Position numbers and translations under genes: made by a program. From Lama glama (taxonomy: Eukaryota): 64,000 bases of DNA. The stretch is from assembly GCA_028534125.1 (NCBI GenBank), contig CM052816.1:17548001-17612000 (forward strand). Direction: 5' to 3'. The notes beneath the pieces are model-generated. The model worked only from the letters and a program-made list of their open reading frames with translations. It had not been told where the DNA came from and searched no databases. Positions 1 through 12,229 of this stretch are shown here, one piece after another (position 1 is the stretch's first letter; each line of letters opens with the position of its first letter).

Positions 1-155
1 AATAATATGCTATTTCACATCCACTGTACTTGGTAACATTCAAAAGACTGACAGTACCCAGTGCTGGTAAGATGTGTAACACCTGGAGCTCTCATGGAAA
101 GCTGCCAAGAGTGTGAAATGGTACAACCACTTTCAAAAATGTTTGACAGTTTCTC
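1..155 (+). mobile_element. Old L1 (L1M) fragment, ORF2 3' region
   Basis: 'tttcacatccact...aaaagactgacagtacccagtgctgg...gtgaaatggtacaaccacttt...tttgacagtttctc' matches the L1M ORF2 C-terminal consensus. Confidence 0.8.
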
Positions 156-549
156 ATTCATATTGTTATTGATAGTCTTCTGTTTTTTTTTTTCAGTGAG
201 TTACAGATAGCTTCCATCACTGTATGTTTTATTTCATTTCCCCCAATTTTATAACTCGTGGGGGAGGGTAATATGTTTTCTCAATTCCTGAGTATTGTTG
301 TCTTTGAGCAGGATTATATACAGTTATTATCTTGCTCTTCTTAACTCATGCAATGCCGAAGAATGACATACTGTTTAGGCAGGAGTTAAAAGGTTAAAAC
401 ATATGTTCAAAAGGATGATTACTCTAAAGAAGTATATATATATATTACTTACATATATATAAAGAAATGTATAGAATAGTGTTGATTCTGACAGCTCATG
501 TAATTATTTCTAGAGCTCTTTGTGTCTTTGTGTAGGTCCATATTTCCAT

Positions 550-975
550 CTGCTATAGTTTTCCTCTGCCTGAAGTATTTTATTTAACATTTGTCACAGC
601 TTAGGTCTACTGGTGAGGAATTCTCCTAGCTTTTGTTTGTCTGAAAAAATATTTTAACTTCATTTTTGGAAGACGTTTTGCTGGGTATGGAATTGTAGTT
701 TGACAGTTTTTTCTTTCAGTATCTTTAAAGATATTGCTCCTTCTTTTGTTGTTGTTTTCTTTGCTTTGTTTCCATCAAGAAATTTGTTCTTTTCCTTTAC
801 CCTTGTTTTTCTGTATGTAACTTACCTTTTTTCCCCCTGGCTATTTTAAAGATTTTCTCTTTACCCCTGGTTTTGAGCAACTGATTATGATGTGTCTTCA
901 GATAGTTTTCTTCATGTTTCTTATTCTTGAGATTCATTGAGATTCTTGAGTCTGTGGGTTTATAGTTTTCATCTT
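550..975 (-). mobile_element. Old L1 (L1M) ORF1 C-terminal fragment
   Basis: Reverse strand follows the L1 ORF1 end motif (ataccCAGCAAAA...tgaagtt...ttttcagacaaacaaaagctaggagaattcctcaccag; consensus YPAKxSF..EIKTFSDKQKLREF). Confidence 0.8.
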
Positions 976-1439
976 AGATTTCTGAGAACTAACAAGATGA
1001 CCTGAGGTTATAGAATATTGAAGAATATGTGATTTCTCAGGGTTGCCAAGGTAACAATCAACTGTGCTAGCTAATGAATTTTCATTCAGTTGAATTAGCA
1101 GGGAAGTAAGTGGATGTGGTTCAGTAAACTTTTTTCCAGAAGCAAGGTGGGTTTGCTGCCAGATTCTGGGTTAAGAAAATGGAATTAAAAGAAATGTAAA
1201 TTTTGATTTATTTGGACAGTCTACTAGTTAGAGATTTCCCAGTTGTGGCTTTCTGAATCAGAGATTCTTGGGGTATAGCTTCTGGGATGTAATGACCAGC
1301 TTGTCTGGACCCAGGAATGATTGCCTGTTTATTCCGTGATGGGAATCCAGGCAGTTTCCACTGTTCTTCGCAATGGAGGGAGAAGAAAGACTTAGCTGTC
1401 ACCTTGTTCCCATCCTAAACAACCTTTGCTACTACCTTT

Positions 1440-3130
1440 GGTGCCAGTCATTCCACCCTGGGTCTGTATAGTTCAGTTTCCCCTTGGCTAGTAGCCTCCG
1501 GCAACCACACAAACACACAGGTTGGATTTCTTGTCCTCTAACAAATTCTGTTTCAACAGTCAGCCCAGGGGGTTACCAGTAGCACTGATTCAACTTGGAA
1601 GGATCTACATGCTTTAACAGGAAAAGACTGCCTTTTATGATAGGAATATCAAAAACGTTGGGACCTTGTTTATCTGTCTTGCCTTTTTCCCTAATCCAGG
1701 AGTTATTCATATATATCTATTTACATTTATTCTCAAATACCCATTTTTCCTTATCTACTTGAAATATGACCCCCTAAATGGCTCATATCCTCTCATTAGG
1801 ACTTAAAAATGTTACCTTGTATCTTTTTCTCTGATTTACTTATAACTGCTAGTTCCTAAATCTGAAGGCTTCCTTGGCCCTAATTGAATATTCATTTGTG
1901 GATTCAGGCCAAATTCAGAATCCAGGAGGTCTGTGGTAGAGCAGTTATTGATTTGTAAAGCTGCAGCACGTGGGAGATGAGATGTAGTATCCTCCAGTTA
2001 GTAAGAGGGGGAGAAATACTGGAGATCATCTGTGACTCCTTGTAGCACCAAATATGAAGCATTTGAGGCTCTGGACCTTAGGAGTTAAAATATGAAGTCT
2101 AGGAAAGTATTTTCTGACATCTCCCAGGAACACAGAGCGCTTATTGCAGGAATTACTGAAAATGTAAATCTCTGTTGTTTTCTTTTTCCAGTGATGTAAT
2201 TGATTGCTAGACACAGTGTCACATCCCAATTTAATAAAATTTCTCCAGCAATAAATCATGACCAGAAGGGTATTTTTGATGTTTTGCCACCAGCAAGAGA
2301 ATGTCTTCCATGTAATGTAGGGAAATGTAAACAGAGCAAGCAGTCCCCTTTCTTTAGGTTTTAAAATCATTAATAAAGATGTCTTTACCCTCGAAGGGAA
2401 GGGCGGTGAGCAGTCACCTTTTTATTATTCTACTGGATAAGTGAATTTACCCAGCACATAAATTAGCAAATACGTTTTCTCCCTGCAGCACATGTTGACA
2501 TTTTCCTGCAGATGGCTCGGCAGAAGGGGAACAAGAAAGGTGGTTAGTGACAAAGGACAGGCATGTTTGGTCACTGTCTTTCGCCATCCAGAGACACTGG
2601 TCTGCCTCCCCTTAACCTGGCCAAGGGGGTTCCTGGGAGGAGAAGGGCCTGAGACTGCAGACACTGTTGTGAAGGACGGAGTGGGGATAGGAGGGAGGTC
2701 AAATATACCTAACTCCTTAGAATGAATTTTTTCCTCTTCTATATGAAATTTGTTCATACTGTTATGCATTGGACAGAGCATTTTCTGTGGTGTACAGATG
2801 ATCTTTTCTTGAACCGTTAGTTAGGGACAGGCTGTTTGACCGGCAAAAACCTCAAATTTTGCTTTCAGGGAGCAAAATTGGAGGGAGAATTTAGGGAGAA
2901 CAGGTGAGTGGAGGGGGGATGATCTCTGTAAAAACCAAATGGGTGCAGAGATGAGTAAATAGCAGTCTCTTATCATCCACACACCTGCTGGACCCTGATG
3001 GTTGACAAACTGGTGGTTCAGAGGAACAGGTATGGGCTCACTGTGAGTTGTTTGATATTTCAGGATTGTGAGGGGTAAAAATTTGTTGAGGAATTTGTGA
3101 CTGAGGTTTGTCTTCAGGCAGAAGATTTTC
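1440..3130 (-). mobile_element. Putative highly degenerate Ty3/Gypsy (chromovirus-like) pol remnant: integrase and chromodomain
   Basis: Collinear motifs across broken minus frames: LPSHLQENVNMCC-REKTYLLI..KFTYP (~2435-2530), KPKERGLL..FPYITW (~2310-2360), LPRA..NN.STT..FGLNP (1899-1976), FQVDKEKWV (1738-1764), VPTF (~1653-1664), RRLLAKGKLNY (~1468-1500). Confidence 0.45.
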
Positions 3131-3721
3131 ATATAAGTGAAGTGTGGGTGTACACAGCTCCCTCCAAAGGTTGTGGTTTCAGAGAAGCCAAGAGTGTAGT
3201 TCAGATTTTGGTTGGAGGGCTATGATTTGTGTCCAGGTAGGATGAAGCTAAATCCAGGAGCTAGGAGTAAGTGTGACAGAGAACTTTCAGGAAGGCAGAG
3301 TAAGATCATCTGGAGCTGCCCAGGTATGCAACTATACATTCCAACCCTCTAACCACTCACCCATTAATTATCAACTTATTAAAAATGTTTGATATAGGAA
3401 AATCCCTTTTGAAATAATGAAGTAAGTAAAATCATGGATTATGGTATATATGTTTTTTGCTTGTGTATATGTTGTTTTTACAAGCAAAAGAGAATCAGGA
3501 TATGTATGTACATTATAATTTTTTTGAGAGCTCATGTTTAGAATTAAGAATAATCCTCGGTGGGGGGAACCTCCAGATAGACTCAGAATGCTTGCACTGG
3601 TCCATGGGAAGTAGTATGGTTCTGTATTCAGCAAATTGTCCAAGAGAAGTGTTTTTTAATTTTATTTTATTAATTTAATTTAATTTATTTTAATTTTTTG
3701 AGAGAAGAGTTTTGAACAGAT

Positions 3722-3808
3722 GTTCTCAATTACAAAATGAGATAAAAGGAGATATGTCTCACAAAGGATTAAATGAGATGTTGGCTAAGTTTTTGGTACA
3801 GCACCCAA
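3722..3808 (+). mobile_element. MIR SINE fragment
   Basis: 'aaaatgagata...ctcacaaaggattaaatgagat...tacagcacc' matches the MIR 3' half. Confidence 0.6.
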
Positions 3809-5384
3809 AAATGTGAATTCTTAAGGTTTCATAAAAATAGGATCAGACTATGTACACTGTGTTCATAAGTACCATTTTTTTTCACTTAACACTAGATTTT
3901 GTCCAGCTTTCTGAGCTAGAACATGCAGATCTAATCAGATGGTCAGAATGTACTTGGATTCTCATTTTTTTCCTAAAGTTTCTGTCGGATGAAATTTAGG
4001 TCTTCTATGCTTGTCTCCCCTTCCAGGGCAATGAGAACATTCTTGCTCTTGTGTCTTAGTGTCCTTGCCACACTCTCCTGTGGGGCAGCATCTCTACCTC
4101 TCTCACTTGAGGCCTTGAATGGGGCAATGCACACCCTCTGCCTTGGGTCTCAGACCCCCGTGGAGACTCCACAGACATTCTCAGGCTTCCCCTGATGTGG
4201 GTAATTGTAGCAGGTGGGGGCCATCTGTCCTCTTTCTGTGCCTCAGTGTGTGGGGGAAGGAGTCTCAGTGTCAGTGGGGTTTCTTCCTGTTGGTCTGGGA
4301 ATGATGCTTTCCAGGTGGAGACCTTGTGCTTCCACATGTTCCTCCCTAAAATAAAGTGGCCAGCCACTCCATTGTTTCTGTAACTCCTTCATGTCAGGGG
4401 GGCATACTTTGGGGAGCATCTCCCCACACTTACCTGTCTCCTGTGAGTCACCTTTTTCAGGCCAGTCAGCTGTAGAAGGGAAGTCCAACTAATTTCCGAC
4501 TCTGGCCCAACTTCTGTCAGGCTGCCAGATGTTCACTTGGAGCAAGGCGCTACAGCTGGCAGCAGTTGGATACAGCACCAGCTTCCCACCAGCCACTTGT
4601 CAGTGAGGTCCTGGGGCAGAATGGGTCTCCAGGGTGCACACCTGCACTCTGACAACTGCACTGTTCCATCTGCACTGAGGGGGACTCTGTGGTCCCAGAA
4701 TATAATTGTCTGGTGGGAGAAGGAATACTTGAGATTACTGTTGCATTGGGTAATGCACTCCGTCTTCATGACATGTGGTTATTTCCCTCAATGCTTTGTG
4801 GTTGGGGTGGATTATTTATTTTGGGGGTGACCTGAAGTCCAAGGGCTCTGCCTCACAGAATCCTCGAGTGTGTCTTTTCCTGAGTTCCTCTGGGCGGCTG
4901 CATTAGCCCCTCAAACCTTCTCTTTACTACAAGGGTAAGGGTTGGAGAGAGCAATGGAAACTCACATTCAACATTTATTTATTTAGATCTAAATAGATTT
5001 TCTTTTTCCTGGAGAAGGCTAGAGCCATGGGATGAAGGGAGACTTGGATGTTCAGGGGACTGTCAGTGCTGTTGCATTGGTCTGACCTGTTGCAGTTCAA
5101 GATGCTCTCAGTTGGTGACTAGAGGCATATGATGGCTTGGTGAGGCCAATAGGATCTGGCTGTGGTTAGCCCCATGTTATGGATTATAAAGTGAAGCTCA
5201 CAAGGGGACATGAGTCATCCAAAAATGCATGGCGGGCAAGCAGCAGAGTGGACAGAAGACCCAGTCTCCTGGCTCTAAGTTCACAGCATATTCCAAAACA
5301 ACTTACTGGTTCCCCAGAAGGATTGTTTTATGAGGCCAACCTAATTGTCTTTATTCTTCTTGAAACCTTTCAGGGCAACTTGTT

Positions 5385-5700
5385 GCCTTCAGAGTAAAGC
5401 CCAAAGACTTATGAATGTCTCTGTCTTGCCTCCTGACCTGTGAACACGCTCATCTCTCTGCTCCATCCTCCCTATGGATACCCACGACGCATCCTTCAGG
5501 CCCCAGCTTAGAACCCCTTGGTCTGGGAAGCCTTGGCTAAATCCCGATCTGAGTTAAATAGCTCTTCCAGCTGCACACACAGCACCCTGTTTCCATTGTG
5601 CTGTGCTGGTGTGTGTACCCATGTGGACTTTAAGGGCAGGGACTGTGCTGTCCTGTCCTCCCTGGATCCTCAGGAGCATCCAGCACTGTGTCCCGTCTAT
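5385..5700 (+). mobile_element. L2 LINE 3' fragment
   Basis: 'gccttcagagtaaagcccaaa', 'gggaagcctt' and 'agggcagggactgtg' are L2 3' motifs. Confidence 0.55.
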
Positions 5701-7119
5701 GAGAAGGGGCCAGATAAGGACCTTCCTGTTGGAATCTGTGCTGCCGCTGGTACCAGTGCCAAGGGAATTTGTGACTTAATTCTGGGTTTTATCCAAAGTG
5801 AGATGCTAGGAAACATCCTTTCCCCTGGTCCCTGAATTTGGGGTGCTCATCTGGGAGCGTTGTGTTCCTCAGGCAGCGTTTCTGCCTTTCCCGCCACGTG
5901 CGCCCCTTCTCCGTTCCTCCTCTAGTTGCATACCTCTCCATCCTGACCTCCAAGGAGAGAAGAGCACCCTTCTTTCTGTCTAGGGTATCTCTGTGTGTGT
6001 CCTGGGCAGTACCTTTTAGAACGCTGGCCTGGCACACGCCCCTCCCAACACGAGCTCATGCTCAGGGCCGTAAAGACTTGAGTCAGCATCCACCTTACTG
6101 GCTCTTTGTGATGTGTCCTAGGCTGTGTGGGGCTCACTCTCTAATACTTGTTGGCTCCATGAAAAAAAGCAGAGATGTTTTCTTAGCCAATTATCTAGTG
6201 GGCAGAAAAATGCAACTTGTTTGCAATAGTGAAACTGATAACAGAATCCAACAGCAATGATCAAGCAGGCACCGAGATGATTATCAGAAAGCAGCCTCTA
6301 CCCTGCCTCCCGCAGCCGCTTGTAACATCTTAAAAAGGCTCTGTTGTCACGATAAACCTACATGACCATCAGTTTCCAAAGGCTGGTTCCCCATAACATC
6401 TTGATCAGTTCTTAAAATTAATTATCATCAGGAGCAAGTGAGATGATACTTCAGAAAGATCTTTTTAAACACTAGCAGGCGCGGTGGTGGAGTTCCTAGA
6501 TAAGGGGAAATAGATCAGCTGGAAGAAGTAATAAACCAGCACAGCGCCTTGATTAAGTGCCTGTGAACACCGAGTGTCAGGAGCCTGATAATAAGGATAT
6601 AAAATGGGAAGACTTGAAAAGGTATTAAGTTCTTGGTGCAATGATTTGAGATGAGGCAGTGCCGAGGGAAGCAGTAAAGTTTCCAGGGTGTGAGGAGGCA
6701 GCAGGGACCCAGTGATGGCTGAGTGATGGTGTGAGAAGGCAGCTCACCATGGTCCATGGCCGGACCATCCAGATCTGATTCATCTGAGCGTCCCTGCTTC
6801 CGACCCCCTGTCCTTAGCCCTGGCCTGAAATGTACGAGGCGCCTGGTAAATGCCAAACTGAGCTAAAATGCATTTCCAGTCAGCTGTAAGTTCCCCAAGG
6901 GCCAGGCATCTCTTTTGCTCAGCACTTCCTAGTGAGCCTAGAACTGAACAGATGTTGAATGATTGAGTGAATGAAGTGCTTGCATGTATACCCCTCCAAA
7001 CCGACAGAGAAACAGGAACACCAGGAAGCAAAGCAAAATAAAACCAAGGTTACCAACCCAGTGATTGCTAACTTCACAGTTGGTCTTCCATGAGCAGCTG
7101 CTATATGCCCCTTATCCAT

Positions 7120-7265
7120 GCAGTTATTTATTGTGTTCTCAGTGCTGTAGATGCAGCATCTCAACCCTCACAAAACCCCTAGAAGTTGGGTACTATTATG
7201 CCATTTTCCAGAAAGGGAAACAGAGGCTCACACAGCTGGGACATGGCAGATTTGGGATTTAAGGC
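7120..7265 (-). mobile_element. MIR SINE
   Basis: 'cctcacaaaaccc...tactattatgccattttccagaaagggaaacagaggctca' is the antisense MIR core. Confidence 0.75.
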
Positions 7266-7744
7266 TAGCTGTGTTCCGAGTCACTTGGCCAGACTGCCTC
7301 ACCCAGATAGGCTGTGGCCTTTAGTTCAACACACAGAGGTTTGGGAGCCTCATGCCAGCGTGTTCAGTGCAGCCTCCCTTCCCCACTGTGCACTGCTCAT
7401 GGATGTAGACTTCCCTGAACCCATGGCTTTTGTTCAGCATCTCAGGCTATAAAGCACATCCCTCCTGCAAAGGGGAGGACAAATAGGATTTGAACACATT
7501 CTTTTGGCACTTCAACAGTACCATCTCCACCCAGGTTTTGAATGAAGAAAGGGAAATCCTCTTGAAGGATGGGGAGGTGGAGGATCATGTCTGAAATTCC
7601 TGAATGGGGCTGGGATTGGTTGTCATGACACTTTGGGGGCCTGGATCCTCTCAGACTTGTAAGTTTCTGCTCAGGAATCTGGTGGGCAGTGTTTTGAGGT
7701 ATGTGTTTGGGGAACGGACTGAGCTTCATAGAACATAAGTTGTG

Positions 7745-7920
7745 CATCAGGCACATTGCTGGACCCTATTCGCTCACCCGTGGAGGAGGGCAGAATTATC
7801 TTCCCATTTTACAGTTGAGGAAGTTGAGGCTCAGAGAATTTAAGAAGCATGGCCAAGACCACACAGCTAGTAGGTGGTAGACATGCAGTGTCCCCCAGTC
7901 TGTTTCATGTCAGAATTCAT
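7745..7920 (-). mobile_element. MIR SINE
   Basis: 'cccattttacagttgaggaagttgaggctcagaga...ccaagaccacacagctagtaggtgg' is the antisense MIR core. Confidence 0.85.
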
Positions 7921-8479
7921 CTTTCCTTGAAATCTTGTTCTACTTTCCAAGGGAATCGCTCCTTGGTAGATTTAACAGGTGTCCTTTACCACGACAAAAA
8001 AAAAAAAAATCAGAGAATATATGAGCTGCAAGTGACCTTAAAAGTCATGCAGTCTGAAAAATAAAGTAATTAGGGTCCAGAGAGTCTCTTCCTTACATGT
8101 TGGCCACTGCTGGGAACTCAAAGCCTTTCCCCTCTTCCTTTTCTTATTTTTCTAAGGATAGGTTTCAATGGCAGACAAGTTCTTTTATCCTTGAGAAGGA
8201 GGGCAACGAGTGATGTGTTTCAAGGTCAAGAACACTTAGGATGTATTGCATTCCAGAGGTGGAGCTTACAAGGTGATGATGGCCACAGCAAAAGGGCGTG
8301 GTCTCTCTTCTTTGACATCAGTGGACTTAGGTAATGGTTTGAGAAGGTCAGACATCTTACCTGTGCATCCCTGTCTGTGTTCTCTCCTCATCCCCACTCT
8401 TCCCATCTGGTAGCCAGCCTGCATCATCGTGGTGAACCAGAGGGAGAGCTAGCCTCTCTGCCTTCTGTGATACATGCTG

Positions 8480-8885
8480 AGTTCCCGGGGCACAGCAGTG
8501 GATGACACAGACCAGGTTTTTGTCCTCGTGGGACTTACAGTCTAGTAGGGCAAATAGACAATAAGCCAGAAAACAAATAAATCATGTTTTCAGAAGGTAT
8601 TGACAGCTAGGAAGGAGATAAATCAAGATGAAATAACCTTCCAGAGAGATGAAATGGCATTTGCTCCAAGCTGGTGAGAGGTGGGGCTGTTTTGGGGGCT
8701 AGCCAGGGAGGCCTGTGTGGTCGGAGCAGAGTGAGTGAAGGGGGAAGGTGGGAGAAGGGGTGAACAGCACAGACTCCACAGAGCCTGTGGCTTGGCAGGA
8801 GGACTTTGGGTGTCATTCTACACCCAGGGAACACTGCAGGTGGGTTTTAAGCTAGGGAGTGATCTGTGTTTCAGATACTCTCGTG
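8480..8885 (-). mobile_element. L2 LINE fragment
   Basis: 'cctcgtgggacttacagtctagtaggg...agacaataa', 'ggagcagagtgagtga' and 'aggactttgg...ggttttaagctagggagtga'. Confidence 0.8.
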
Positions 8886-9639
8886 ATCTCTGTCTCCGTT
8901 TTCTCTGACACTGGTAGGTGTACAATGGACTGTTTTCTTGCTGAGCAGAAGGACCTGAGATCCAGCTTTGTGTTAGGGAAAGAGTGAAGTTCTTTATGTT
9001 AGCTCGAGTGATATGAATTCTCAGTAAAACTAGTCGTCTCGCCTGGGTCACTGGTTATGTTGGGGATCGGACTCAAAAAAGCAGTACTTTGTGCTTACTT
9101 GGCCGGGACCTTGAAGAGGAGGGCAAGGTGGGCCTGGACAGGATTTAGGTATCCATGGGTCACTCGCTAATGGGACCACCGGATAGTTCCCTAACATACT
9201 CACTGCTTCCCCTTGTTGGGTGCACCAGCTGGTAAATGACTGTGAGAACCCCGGGGCCTAGGTGCCAGGCAGGTGTCATTTTTATTATCACATCCTGCCC
9301 TCTAGTTTAAGCCTGTCATTGCTGCCCTTTTTCTGTCTACTGTCTCTTCCGAAGTTTCTCCCCAATTGTGAAACTAGTTTAAAGTACAAAAGCACAATGT
9401 TGTCATCTCTCCCTGCAGAAAGAAAAGATCAATTGCTCTAAAATGGCCCATTCTCCTTGGACAAGAGCTGGTTTCAAGTGACAGCCATGGAGTTGAAGCA
9501 AAGATCTTATATCTCTTTTTCCAGACCATGAAATTACGTCCTGTGCCACTACGTATTTCACTGATATAATTAAGCTGTTAATTCTCTCTGAGTTTACTTC
9601 AACCACATTTCAGCAGCATCCGGGCTACTGTTAATGTTT

Positions 9640-9760
9640 CACAGTGGTTAAGGGTGAGACTTCAGTTCAGGACCCTGCTCTGCCACTGACTAGCTTTTTG
9701 ACCTAAGACAAATTACTTTTTCCTGCAAGCTTCAGTTTCCTCCATGTAAAAATTGATAGA
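9640..9760 (+). mobile_element. MIR SINE 5' part
   Basis: 'cagtggttaag...ctctgccactgactagct...gcttcagtttcctccatgtaaaat'. Confidence 0.8.
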
Positions 9761-9764
9761 ACAG

Positions 9765-9990
9765 CAGAAGCTAATGGTTGCTAACATTAATACTTACTCT
9801 ATGGAAGCACTTGCTTGAATAGTTCATTTAATCCTCTTAGTAATCCGACTGGCAAGTACTATCATTATTTCCATTTTACAGGTGTGAACACTAAGGCCTA
9901 GTTCAGTTATTGGCCCAGAGTCTCTCAGCTGAGAAAGAAAAGAGCTGTGATGTGAAGCCAGAACCTGTGTTCTTAGCACCTAACCAAACT
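9765..9990 (-). mobile_element. MIR SINE
   Basis: 'tcatttaatcctc...tactatcattatttccattttacaggtgtgaacactaaggc'. Confidence 0.8.
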
Positions 9991-11831
9991 ATGCGTAGAT
10001 CCTCCCTTGGAGACATCAGTGGAAAATGCGAGCACTGACCTTCTCACAGTACCTGGCATGTAGTCTGTGCCCTTCCCATGTTTTCCTCTAATTCTGAAGA
10101 GTTGTCCCCTTGGAAGCCTTCTTAGAAGGGCAGAGGTCTTGGATCCAAATGATGGTGATAGTGCCTTAGCACCCTGTGCTCAAGCGGGATTGCTTGCTTA
10201 GCCAGCAGGCATTGACATGGTAGAGCTGTCAGGAAACTGGTGTTCTGCCAAGACCCCTAGTCCTCTCAGCTGCCTTCAGGATGCCGGGTGGGCATCCCTC
10301 CTGGCCTGGCTGCTCCCACTGGAGTCCTCACTCCCTGACAAGCCTCTCAGTCCCCGAATTAATACCTTCCTGCAGATGTCTTTAGCGCCCACGGGGTTTG
10401 GCACAGGCGTGGAGCACCAAGGCTGATGCCACTTCTGTGTGTCCCTGAGCGTGATTGCCCTGCTAAGAGGCTCCCTTTGTCAGGATGCCTGGCCCTGGGC
10501 TGTGGGTTTCTGTCAGTGGAGAGTCTCTTCTGTAGGATGCTGGGCTCCTTGGGTTGGAAGACTGCGTCTTCTTCTCATTTTACTTCCTGGAACTGTGGAC
10601 GTGCTCTCAGCAGGAGTGGGGCAGAGCCTGGAGGGCAGCAGCTTGCTCCTGGGCACTGAATTGAAGTGTGAAGGAGTCAGGCTACTGCCCGGCCACCAGG
10701 GTTTCTGTTTTTTCTCCCTTCTGAGTTGACTGGGCTAGATAGGTAAACAGAGTGGAGTGGAGCTCAGCCCCTGCAGGAAGCCTATGGATGACTCTGCTGG
10801 TCTGGTCTGTGTTCCAAAGGCATGGTGAGGCTGCATGTTCAATCTACATCGCAGCTGTGGATTCCCTGCTTCCTTTTCTAACCATGAGTAAAGATGTGTC
10901 CCCTCTAATTAGGGATTTCAATGTATTTGGCTAAACGGTAGAAGGAATTAGCCAGATTGTCCTTTGCCTCTAAACTGGGTCTTGTTAGCAGATTGTTCCT
11001 TTTGGTCCTTATTCCTGAGAGGTCTGGGTCAATCTGGAGCCCCAGGTCAGGAAACGGAGGGGCCCCCTTTGACCCAGAAGTGATTAGGGCAGCTCCTTGG
11101 TTTGCTTCTGGTGAGAGAGATGGGACGGGGGCAGGGCTGTGGCACTTGCCCCTAAGCTGTCCCCAGGAAGACCCTCGTTTCTGCCTGGAGGACAGGACTT
11201 GGGAGAAATCTTTGCCTTTGACCTCCCACCCCTGGCCCTTCTCCCACAAATCATGCCTCAAGCTTCCCTCCCCTTTCAGAGATGTAATAACTTACAGTTC
11301 AGCTGATTTATGGGACTAAAATAAGCTCATTATGTGAGTTGTCAGTAATTATATGAATTGATGAGAGGATTTCCCTGTTTCTTCCCTTGGATGCTTGCAG
11401 GATCATTTCAGGTTGATTTTGCATTCTTGACCTAAATAGAGATGGGTTTAGGCATGAGTTTCTTTCAGTTCAGGGTAACTTCTGAGCTCTGCATCCATCC
11501 CTTTGTACTTGTCTTAGGTGAGGTTTCTGATGAACTTTTCCAGCATCAGAGGTGACAGAGGTGTCCTGCATCTTTGATAAGGTTGTGTTGTTTTTATTTT
11601 CCTAATTATTAAATATTGAGAGTGTTACCTGGAAGGACTTGAGCTTGCTGATTCCTTTTGTCAGTGCTTGCTGCATTTACAGCCAGGTTCAAAGTGAGTT
11701 GTGGGGTATCGTTGAAGATAAAAACCATAAGCACCTGGAAACATAACTTTGGGAAGGGTGCCGATGCAGTCTAATCTTTCAGATGTTAGTTGGCCAGCTT
11801 TTCAGTGATTAATCTGTTAGCAAAGGTATAC

Positions 11832-12160
11832 CAGAGGTGACAAACCCATAGGTTAAATCTGGCTTGCAGATACGTTTTCTTTGGACAGTATATTTAAAAA
11901 AGTGCTTTGAACCACTTGTTAACATTAAAAAATTAGAAGATGTCATTCAAAACCCCATATATCTGGATTTCCTGTTTCTCTTGGGAAATCCTCAGACAGC
12001 CACATGGTCCATGAAGGATACTGTTGGCTGGCTCGGGGTGAGGCTGCCCCTTCCGATGGGGCAGTGCACCTTCTCTGTCAACTTACCTCTGTTAGACCTT
12101 ACCTATGTTGTTGATTTAATTTACCAGTTTGGCAATATCTGGCATTTGTGTTTGTGACTC
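11832..12160 (-). mobile_element. MER102-like hAT-Charlie DNA transposon
   Basis: Termini 'cagaggtgacaaac' and 'ggcatttgtgtttgtgactct'; internal 'atctggatttcctgtttctcttg' and 'ggctgcccct' match the reverse of the MER102 consensus. Confidence 0.75.
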
Positions 12161-12229
12161 TACGAGCAGACTGGTGAGTGTGGGTATATGTGCCCAGTGG
12201 TTACTCATCAGCTCTTGTTGCTTGGCTTA

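Noticed and set aside
1270..1330. Zinc-knuckle-like QAGHYI on the minus strand
   Set aside because: Lacks the cysteines and lies downstream of the putative integrase, the wrong order for gag
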